DNA of 32,000 nucleotides, taken from Telmatocola sphagniphila. Lineage in GTDB: Bacteria; Planctomycetota; Planctomycetia; Gemmatales; Gemmataceae. The stretch is taken from positions 1,380,001 through 1,412,000 of the forward strand of contig NZ_CP074694.1 in assembly GCF_018398935.1 (NCBI RefSeq). Direction: 5' to 3'. This document shows positions 23,695 to 30,500 of the stretch, one piece after another. The translations under genes and the position numbers were made by a program. Each line of letters starts with the position of its first letter. Position 1 is the first letter of the stretch. Below the pieces are notes generated by a model, which had not been told where the DNA came from, did not search any database, and saw only the letters and a list, made by a program, of their open reading frames with translations.

Positions 23695-25167
23695 TTATTC
23701 TTTGGTGGGCTGATCGGAAGAGGCTTCCGGCTGCTGCATAGCACCAGGAATCGCCTGAGAACCCGTACTGGAAAACTCAGCGGCGTCGTCTTCCTTCAGC
23801 GGCACATCTTCGTATGTTGCATTCTGGAGGACCAAGTCAAGGGCCTTGCGTTCCAGCAATTCCGTGGCCAGAGCTTCGATCAGATCTTCCCGTTCCAATC
23901 GAGCACGCACTTTGCGTGGTGATTCGTTGTTTCGTTCAGCAATTGTTTCGATTTCCGTATCGATATCGCCTTCGTCGATCTCAATCTTTTCCACATCGGC
24001 GATCTTTTGCAGCACGAAGTGTTCTTTCAGAGCTTTGGCCGTGCTTTGCAGCACGTCCTGGGTCATGAGCCGCTGCCGGGTCATGATTTCTTCTTCGCTC
24101 ATACCGGCATTCCGCATTTCCATGATGCGGCGAGCCAGAATTCGCTTGGATTGGCGAGCCAAAAGGTCCTGAGGCAATTCCCAACTGCTCGAAGAGGTGA
24201 TTAAACCAAACACTTCTTCCCGGGCAGACTGCCGCTGGGTATATTCTAGTCGACGTTCCAAGGCGGAGGCCATCAATTCGTCGAACTGAGCCATAGTACG
24301 AACGTTGAACATCTTCAACATATCGTCGGTTAGCTCTGGAAGAACCATAACTTCGATCTTTTTGATCGTGAAATCGGCTTTGACCAGTTGGCCGCGCAGT
24401 TCGGGATTGGCGGCCTGCTCAGAAATCTTGATTTCCACGGTCCGAGTATCGCCGGCTTTCGCCCCGGTCAGCTGTTTGCCGAATTCGGGAGCGACACCGT
24501 CCGAAAGAGCCAGGCTCTTTTCGACCTTTAACTTCATGTCGACGAGATTGTTCAGATCTTTACCATCGTGAGTGACCTTCAAATCGGCAATGATGAAGTC
24601 TTCGAGTTCAACGGCCGGAGAATCTCCCGGTTTCGGTTCGAGTTTGCCGAACTGAGCCAGGAAGCGTTTCTTTTCCGCCTGGATATCCGCGTCGTTGAAA
24701 GTTTTGGTCGGCCGTTTGAGCTTCAAACCCTTGTACTCGGGCAGATCGAACTCGGGGCGTACTTCGACGTCGAATTCATAAACCAGTGGACCATCCTCGG
24801 GCATGGTGATCTTTTCGGGATCGAGCTCCGGAGGGCTCAGCGGGGCGATGGCATTATCGGAAGCGATCTGCTCCAGACTTGCCATCAGCACTTCCATGCG
24901 AACCTGTTCCTCGACGCTGCTCTTGTAGCGGCGTTCGACGATCTTTCTCGGAGCTTTTCCGGGGCGGAAGCCACGAAGTTGTTCGTTCGAGTTCTTTACG
25001 ATTTCAGTATATTTTTCGTTGAATCGCTCATCGATCGATTTGCGGTCCACGGTAACCTTGACGTGCTTTTTGCAAGGGCCGACATCGCTAATGACGACTT
25101 CCTGTGCGAGCTTGTTTTCTTCAACGGAGGTTCCCGGAGTGGCGGCGGGTGTAATCTCGTCCGTCAT
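23695..25167 (-). CDS. tig: Trigger factor
   Basis: Ribosome-binding signature GFRPGKAPRKIVERRY, a central FKBP-like segment and a helical C-domain. 490 aa with an acidic/polar C-terminal tail. Lies in the classical position upstream of clpP. Confidence 0.92.
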   Translation of the reverse strand: MTDEITPAATPGTSVEENKLAQEVVISDVGPCKKHVKVTVDRKSIDERFNEKYTEIVKNSNEQLRGFRPGKAPRKIVERRYKSSVEEQVRMEVLMASLEQIASDNAIAPLSPPELDPEKITMPEDGPLVYEFDVEVRPEFDLPEYKGLKLKRPTKTFNDADIQAEKKRFLAQFGKLEPKPGDSPAVELEDFIIADLKVTHDGKDLNNLVDMKLKVEKSLALSDGVAPEFGKQLTGAKAGDTRTVEIKISEQAANPELRGQLVKADFTIKKIEVMVLPELTDDMLKMFNVRTMAQFDELMASALERRLEYTQRQSAREEVFGLITSSSSWELPQDLLARQSKRILARRIMEMRNAGMSEEEIMTRQRLMTQDVLQSTAKALKEHFVLQKIADVEKIEIDEGDIDTEIETIAERNNESPRKVRARLEREDLIEALATELLERKALDLVLQNATYEDVPLKEDDAAEFSSTGSQAIPGAMQQPEASSDQPTKE

Positions 25168-25251
25168 GAATGCCCCTTTTAACTAGAAGAGCCGCGAAGG
25201 TTTATCCCGGGGGATAGTCTTCACGGCCACCATAGGATCTACGAATCGTAA

Positions 25252-25323
25252 AGCGGGTGATGGGACTTGAACCCACGACAACCACGTTGGCAACGTGGCA
25301 CTCTACCACTGAGTTACACCCGC
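25252..25323 (-). tRNA. tRNA-Gly (anticodon GCC)
   Basis: The minus strand folds as a cloverleaf: GCGGGTG-TA-ACTC-AGTGGTA-GAGT-G-CCACG-TTGCCAA-CGTGG-TTGTC-GTGGG-TTCAAGT-CCCAT-CACCCGC-T. 7-bp acceptor stem, GTTCAAG T-loop, anticodon loop TT-GCC-AA. CCA is not encoded. Confidence 0.93.
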
Positions 25324-25392
25324 ATTTTGTATACGAAATGATAAGCAGACCCCTGCCTGCCAGCAAGGGGGCTTACCGAAATTTTTCACATT

Positions 25393-25833
25393 TCAAAGCA
25401 CATCCGGCAAATCTCGCCGCACTATCGGCGGTCCCAGTGTCGGTTCGTCTCGAGTCGGGTCGGCGGCTTCTCCTAAATCCGGCTTCATATTTTTCAGCGC
25501 TTCGATTTCATCCGCTCCGATCGCATCCGACTGGGTGGCATCCAGGGCTTCTTCTCCAAAAACCACTTTATAAGGAACTCCTGCAAAGCTGATTCGATCG
25601 TTGGGTAGCAAAGCAGCCCGGCGGACTCGCTGGCCGTTGACTCGTGTACCGTTAGTGCTTCCCAGATCTCGCAGAAAAACCATTCCATCCGTTTGCACCA
25701 GAATGCAGTGCTGCTTGGAAACGCTTTTGTGGGCTACGAAGATGTCGGCATCTTCCTTGCGTCCCACGATCAGGAGCGATTTTTTGAGATCGATGGCATT
25801 ACCGCCGTTGAGTGGCACAAGTCGGATTCGCAT
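25393..25833 (-). CDS. FHA domain protein (N-terminal FHA, acidic disordered tail)
   Basis: LLIVGRKEDADIFVAHKSVSKQHCILV...LRDLGSTNGTRVNGQRV contains the FHA G-R, S-x-x-H and N-G signature residues. AGGTGGGG RBS in the 13-nt gap after the HD gene. Confidence 0.88.
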   Translation of the reverse strand: MRIRLVPLNGGNAIDLKKSLLIVGRKEDADIFVAHKSVSKQHCILVQTDGMVFLRDLGSTNGTRVNGQRVRRAALLPNDRISFAGVPYKVVFGEEALDATQSDAIGADEIEALKNMKPDLGEAADPTRDEPTLGPPIVRRDLPDVL

Positions 25834-25846
25834 GCCCCACCTGAAA

Positions 25847-26398
25847 TTAGAAACCTAATTCTACCGCGTGGGGCGTCAGAGAATCGATAACAAATTGGAT
25901 ATGTTCATCGAAATCCACGCCCAGGTCGGCCGCACCTCTCTCCATATCTTCGCGGGAAACGTTCTTGGCGAAACCCTTCGACTTCATCTTTTTTCGAACG
26001 CTCGAAGCCGTCATCCCGGTAAATTTTTCGGGTCGAACGTGGGCAACCGCGGTGATGAAGCCACAGAGCTCATCGCAGGCATATAACGCTTTGTGAAGAC
26101 GGGTGACCCTCGGGCATTCGGGCAGGTAATCCGCATGAGACTTGATGGCGTAGGTGATTTCTTCGGATACGCCAAGAGATTTGAGGATCTTCTCACCTTC
26201 CAAGGGGTGCAAAGGTGGATCGGGATATCTCTCGTAGTCGAAATCGTGAAGGAGACCAACCAGGGCCCACAACTCCTCGTCTTCCTGCCACTTTCGAGCG
26301 TACGCTCGCATAGCCAATTCCACGGCTCGCATGTGCCCGCGCAGGCTTTCGCTCTTCACATATTCCTGAACGAGTTTCCAGGCTTGCGCGCGATCCAT
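25847..26398 (-). CDS. HD-domain metal-dependent phosphohydrolase (small HDIG-like family)
   Basis: H...HD motif (GHMRAVELAM ... VGLLHDFDYERYP). ATG at 26398 (MDRAQAWKLVQEY) overlaps the upstream gene's stop as TAATG. The ORF-track start at 26515 lies inside the upstream gene. Confidence 0.8.
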   Translation of the reverse strand: MDRAQAWKLVQEYVKSESLRGHMRAVELAMRAYARKWQEDEELWALVGLLHDFDYERYPDPPLHPLEGEKILKSLGVSEEITYAIKSHADYLPECPRVTRLHKALYACDELCGFITAVAHVRPEKFTGMTASSVRKKMKSKGFAKNVSREDMERGAADLGVDFDEHIQFVIDSLTPHAVELGF

Positions 26399-28185
26399 TA
26401 TTTGGACTCCGCCAATTGGGTCGCCTGTTCTTTGAGTTTGTTTGCGTGGGCTTCTCGGGCAGCATTTCCCAATTCGTTGCCGCCGACCGAGTAGTTGAGA
26501 TAGCGCGACCACCAATCGACGGAATCTTTCCAGGCATCCTTAATCAAAGCGGCTGAGATTTTGCCCGGTTCCGCGAGTGCCCGGAGGGAAAGCCGTTCCG
26601 CCTTCTCGTGCACTGCCATGGCTACGTAATAAAGTGCATCTTTACTCGTCATCGTAAAAACGACTCGCGAAACCAGACTCATCGCCCGTCCGGAAGCTTT
26701 GAAAATCTGTTCGATGTTACCTTGGGCCAGTGCTTTCGCCGATGCGTCGTTACTTCGTTCCGCCCGGCTGAGTGCTGCATAGGCCTGGTTCGCCGCCTCG
26801 CACCATTTGAAGACTTCTTTTTCCAAATTGGGGTCTTTCTGGATGATCTGCCGTTCGGCTTCGGCAGTATCCTTAAGCTTCAGAAGCTTATTGATCGTAT
26901 CATTCAATGAACCGCGGAAGAGGCCTTGAACAATCGGCGGATCCGCTTCCGGATTGCCATCCATATTGAAATGCATTTTCAGAAAGCCGTTAGAGAAGAT
27001 CTTGAGTGGCCCACCGCGTGCCTGCTCGCTTTCCAGGGTGAAGAACACCCGAGGAAAAGCTTCCATGGGAATAACCTGGCTTCGAATCTGATCGAGTATT
27101 GGCGGGTTAATTGCCAATAGCTGTATCAGATGGCAAAAATTAGCCGGATCTCCCGGTACATTCCAGATTTGCGGTTCGAACCCGGCATCCTTGAGTTTCG
27201 TCATCGCGGCCACCACATCGCGATGCAAAGAGAGCTCGTGCTTCAGATCTTCATCCAGGAATTTCATTCGTGCGGCCAGAGAGGACAAGGGGGCCGCGAT
27301 AAAAGGGACTGATTGTCGAACCTGATCCGAAGTGAGTGTAAAAGGGCGTTTCGGTTCGATAATTCGGCTAACCAGTTCCCCGTCTTTCTTCAGATCTTGA
27401 ATTTTTGCAGGTTGGCCACCGGCGAGCATAACCTGCGTGCCGGTCTGAGAATCAAAAATCAACATGTCCTTTCCAATCAAGACCCCGACTCCCCAGATCG
27501 GGGCCACCTTGGGCGCCGAGCTTGGGGCTGGACCTGATTTAGAAGCGGGGTTAGGAGCATTTCCCGACAGGAACATCGTTTTGTTCAATTCAGGGGGCGC
27601 CAACAAAAACCCTTCCAAATCGAGGTGTCTTAGAAGCGCGAGAAAGGTGTATGAACGATCCCAAGGCATTCCGCAACCGGACTGCAGTGTGATATGCGCG
27701 GGAGCTGCCATCGAGGCCTGTAATGGACGATTCTTGATGTAAACTTGTCGACAGACCCACTCGAATGCTTTTTTGGCCCGGAGTTCCGGTGCCAATTTAG
27801 ATAGCTGGAGATTTTTTTCGACTTCGCGAAGGAGAAGATTTTCCTCCAGGTAGATGGCGTCCGCCAGGACGAACTCTTCACTGATCAGAAATTCCGCATC
27901 TGGCTTGAGGGAAAGCGCGGGGATGCTGGTCAGCGACTCTTTCAGGCCCGCGACGGCCTTCTTCAGCTTTAGGGCCTTCGCTTCGGGCAGACTGGCGATG
28001 TAGTTCTGAAGCAATTCCTTGCAACTGTTGGCATCGATAGGTTTATCGAGATAAGCGGCCAGGGAACTCTCCCGGTTTTCGGTAGAGCTGTCCTTGTTCG
28101 CTTTCTTTTTGGTATCACTCGAACTGGAGCAACCGACCCCGGCAAATAAAGTACCGGCAACAAACAGTAACCAAAATCGTCGCAT
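26398..28185 (-). CDS. Large lipoprotein of unknown function with a possible degenerate transglutaminase-like core and a helical C-terminal half
   Basis: Signal/lipobox MRRFWLLFVAGTLFAGVGC (Cys19). Residues ~140-250 read FEWVCRQVYI...LQSGCGMPWDRSYTFLALLRHLDLEGFLLA...PIWGVGVLIGKDMLIFDSQTG, which resembles the Cys-helix ... (H)xW ... D pattern of transglutaminase-like domains. The expected His position is occupied by Pro. GGAG RBS overlaps the kdsA stop, with a 6-nt gap. Confidence 0.6.
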   Translation of the reverse strand: MRRFWLLFVAGTLFAGVGCSSSSDTKKKANKDSSTENRESSLAAYLDKPIDANSCKELLQNYIASLPEAKALKLKKAVAGLKESLTSIPALSLKPDAEFLISEEFVLADAIYLEENLLLREVEKNLQLSKLAPELRAKKAFEWVCRQVYIKNRPLQASMAAPAHITLQSGCGMPWDRSYTFLALLRHLDLEGFLLAPPELNKTMFLSGNAPNPASKSGPAPSSAPKVAPIWGVGVLIGKDMLIFDSQTGTQVMLAGGQPAKIQDLKKDGELVSRIIEPKRPFTLTSDQVRQSVPFIAAPLSSLAARMKFLDEDLKHELSLHRDVVAAMTKLKDAGFEPQIWNVPGDPANFCHLIQLLAINPPILDQIRSQVIPMEAFPRVFFTLESEQARGGPLKIFSNGFLKMHFNMDGNPEADPPIVQGLFRGSLNDTINKLLKLKDTAEAERQIIQKDPNLEKEVFKWCEAANQAYAALSRAERSNDASAKALAQGNIEQIFKASGRAMSLVSRVVFTMTSKDALYYVAMAVHEKAERLSLRALAEPGKISAALIKDAWKDSVDWWSRYLNYSVGGNELGNAAREAHANKLKEQATQLAESK

Positions 28186-28191
28186 CGGGTC

Positions 28192-29013
28192 TCACTCCGG
28201 TTTAACAGCATCTCTAATTCGCAGGCAGGTTTTTATCAGTTTCGGCAGATCATCCAGCGAGATCATATTCGGCCCATCGCTCAGAGCCTTGTCCGGGTTC
28301 GGATGGGTTTCCAGGAATATCGCATTACACCCAGCGGCCACGGCTGCTTTGGCGAGATAGGGTACCATTCGTCGGTCCCCTCCTGTGCTGCTACCCTGGC
28401 TCCCGGGGGTCTGAACGCTGTGTGTGGCATCGAAAACCACAGGAAAGCCAATGTCTTGCATCCAGGGAATCGCTCGCATGTCGTTGACGAGATTCCCGTA
28501 GCCGAAGGTCGAGCCTCTTTCCGTGAAAATCAGACGAGGATTGTTTTCCTCGCGCATTTTCGCAGCGACATTCTTCATATCCCAGGGAGCCATGAATTGG
28601 CCCTTTTTCACATTCACAACGCGACCGGTTCTGGCCGCGGAAAGAACTAGGTCGGTCTGTCGGGCCAAAAAAGCCGGAATCTGAAGGATGTCGCAGACCT
28701 CCGCCACGGCAGCCACCTGATCCACTTCGTGAATGTCGGTGGTGACGCGGAGCCCCAATTCTTTTTTGACCGTGGCGAGAGTTCTGAGACCACTCTCCAA
28801 CCCCGGCCCCCGGAAGGATTTTCCCGAAGTCCTGTTCGCTTTGTCGAAGGAGGCTTTGAATATTAAAGGAATATTCAATTCTTCGCTGGTTCGTTTCAGA
28901 AATTCGGCAATCCTCAGTGTCAGATCGTGCGATTCTATCACGCAAGGACCCGCGATCCAAACCAGTGGATTTTCCCCGCCGCAAAGAATCCCTTCGATAT
29001 CGACCGGTTGCAT
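28192..29013 (-). CDS. kdsA: 3-deoxy-8-phosphooctulonate (KDO-8-P) synthase, Cys-type (metal-dependent class)
   Basis: [43 protein letters not shown]. The GPC (Cys) at the position where E. coli has Asn is the hallmark of the metallo class, e.g. the Aquifex enzyme. Confidence 0.93.
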   Translation of the reverse strand: MQPVDIEGILCGGENPLVWIAGPCVIESHDLTLRIAEFLKRTSEELNIPLIFKASFDKANRTSGKSFRGPGLESGLRTLATVKKELGLRVTTDIHEVDQVAAVAEVCDILQIPAFLARQTDLVLSAARTGRVVNVKKGQFMAPWDMKNVAAKMREENNPRLIFTERGSTFGYGNLVNDMRAIPWMQDIGFPVVFDATHSVQTPGSQGSSTGGDRRMVPYLAKAAVAAGCNAIFLETHPNPDKALSDGPNMISLDDLPKLIKTCLRIRDAVKPE

Positions 29014-29153
29014 GGTCGCTCCTTACCCCATAATCCTTAATTCATTACGTTATGGATAGAGTTTCGTTCAAATTTCAGTAGGGAGAACCCTTCCTGGATA
29101 TACGATAATTTAAACGGAGTTCTCTGAACTCTGGAGAGCGAATCCATTTCGGA

Positions 29154-29861
29154 GTGAAGGAATTGTTCATCTTTCTTCTCGGTGCAGGCATTATCATTGC
29201 CCTGCTTCCGCTGTGCGTTTATCTCTATGGGCTCTCTTCCCTGAATTCTCGCAATCGACCCACCCTGATTACCGGAAGTATCGATTTTTCACTCCTGATC
29301 CTGGGGCTATCCGGATTTTTGATCTTTGGCGGACCGGTCGCCATCTCGTTGTTCGATAGCAGCCTGTCCGGTTTATGGATGGGATCTTCCCTCAAGGCAA
29401 TTGCAGTTTCCTTTGCGAAAAACGAGCGGATTATCATTGGGCTGTGCTGCTTTTATTTGCTGCTTTTGATAGTGCTTTTGGTTTTCGGATTTCGAAGGCG
29501 GTCGCGCACTTCAGTGGTTTATAACATCAGTCGAGATGGATTCTTAAACGTTCTCGCCGAGACTTTGAATCAGAAATGGGAAGCCCCAATCCTCAATTCC
29601 ACGACTGTACCTCTCACGATTTATCCCGGTTCCTTGAGCATCGAGGAAAACGTGCCCTTTCGCTGCCTAAGTATTGCCTGGTTAAATGTGCCTCGAACAA
29701 TTCAGTCCAAGCTTGAAAGCGAACTTGCGTTGAAGCTCAAAAAACTGGAAGTTTCGCCCGGTCCTATTGCCGACACACTTCTGAACATTGCCACGGGGAT
29801 CGGCTTGGTCATGTTCCTTTGGATTTTGGTCATCTTCCTGATGTTTCGAGGTATTTTTTAA
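29154..29861 (+). CDS. Four-TM membrane protein, function unknown
   Basis: 235 aa with a GTG start. Three N-terminal TM helices, a ~90-aa soluble segment and a C-terminal TM (LLNIATGIGLVMFLWILVIFLMF). I recognise no motif. Divergent from kdsA across 140 nt. Confidence 0.5.
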   Translation: MKELFIFLLGAGIIIALLPLCVYLYGLSSLNSRNRPTLITGSIDFSLLILGLSGFLIFGGPVAISLFDSSLSGLWMGSSLKAIAVSFAKNERIIIGLCCFYLLLLIVLLVFGFRRRSRTSVVYNISRDGFLNVLAETLNQKWEAPILNSTTVPLTIYPGSLSIEENVPFRCLSIAWLNVPRTIQSKLESELALKLKKLEVSPGPIADTLLNIATGIGLVMFLWILVIFLMFRGIF

Positions 29862-30023
29862 GGCTGAGTAAAGTGCGCTGGACAGGAAGGTTGGGCAGGA
29901 TTTAAGGTTTTTGGCGATTCTTGGCAATTTTCTTCATGTGCTAACCGTTTTTCGTTGCAACTCTCCTGTCGTAAATGCCGATTCTATCACCATGATGTGG
30001 TACGTTCTTCGGAGGTTGTCGCA

Positions 30024-30461
30024 ATGAAGCGGATTTTATTCAGCCTGGCTTGTTTGATGGGTCTTGCCGGTGTTTCAAGCGCTCAGGCGCCCATGATGCC
30101 GGGTTCCCAGCCCTATCCCCCAGGCTACGGCCAGATGCCTCAGAATCCCGCGGGTTATGGTCAGATGCCTCAGATGGGTGGCGTGATGCCCGCCAATTTT
30201 CAGGGCGGTTACGGTCCTCAAATGAATCCTTACGCCGCTCCGGTAGCCGCTTCTGCTCCCGGCGGTGGCGATAGCGGTCGATTTGGCTTCAATCCGATTT
30301 TCAAGCGCATGTTCCATCTCAAGGATAGTGGATGTGCCAACGGCAAGTGCGCAAATGGCGCGGGCAAAGGTCCGGGCAACGCCGCTTCGACGGGCGGAAC
30401 TCTGGTATTTCCGAACCAGCAGTTCATTCGAAGTCCTCGCGACTTCTTCATGGAAAACTAG
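30024..30461 (+). CDS. Secreted low-complexity P/G/Q/M/Y-rich protein with a structured-looking C-terminal tail
   Basis: ATG at 30024 is preceded by GGAGG (30011-30015). Signal peptide MKRILFSLACLMGLAGVSSAQA/P, then PPGYGQMPQNPAGYGQMPQMGGVMPANFQGGYGPQMNPY. The C-terminal part reads RFGFNPIFKRMF...CANGKCANG...FIRSPRDFFMEN. The upstream part of the ORF-track ORF (TTG at 29955) is rejected. Confidence 0.65.
   Translation: MKRILFSLACLMGLAGVSSAQAPMMPGSQPYPPGYGQMPQNPAGYGQMPQMGGVMPANFQGGYGPQMNPYAAPVAASAPGGGDSGRFGFNPIFKRMFHLKDSGCANGKCANGAGKGPGNAASTGGTLVFPNQQFIRSPRDFFMEN
30123..30174 (+). repeat. Imperfect 30-nt tandem duplication inside the low-complexity gene
   Basis: ggctacggccagatgcctcaga (30123-30144) and ggttatggtcagatgcctcaga (30153-30174) are 19/22 identical with a 30-nt period. 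They encode GYGQMPQ twice; the differences are synonymous third positions. Confidence 0.8.
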
Positions 30462-30500
30462 TAGTCGTCCGGGGCGTCAATCGATGCCCAGTCCACTGCT

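Noticed and set aside
22311-25182. Long ORFs antisense to clpP (22311-22751, 146 aa), clpP (23150-23713, 187 aa) and tig (24568-25182, 204 aa). Similar ORFs lie opposite prpD (3813-4385) and the fasciclin gene (8189-8641).
   Set aside because: Their translations have off-frame composition (R/G/S/L/H-rich, no motifs). They mirror strongly supported genes, and stop-poor antisense frames are expected from the sense-strand codon bias. I see no RBS or independent signal.
25252-25323. tRNA-Gly as an integration site for a genomic island.
   Set aside because: There is no integrase, no direct repeat of the tRNA 3' end that I could spot, and both flanks are conserved housekeeping genes in a single co-directional array.
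25324-25392. A hairpin (CCCCT...AGGGG) between the FHA gene and tRNA-Gly as a terminator.
   Set aside because: It has only a ~5-bp stem with an 11-nt loop and no U-tract on the minus strand. That is too weak to call.
29911-29930. Adjacent near-identical 10-mers, TTGGCGATTC/TTGGCAATTT, upstream of the low-complexity protein gene as an operator or promoter element.
   Set aside because: It is a single short imperfect direct repeat. I could not pair it with a convincing -10 element at proper spacing, and it may be chance.
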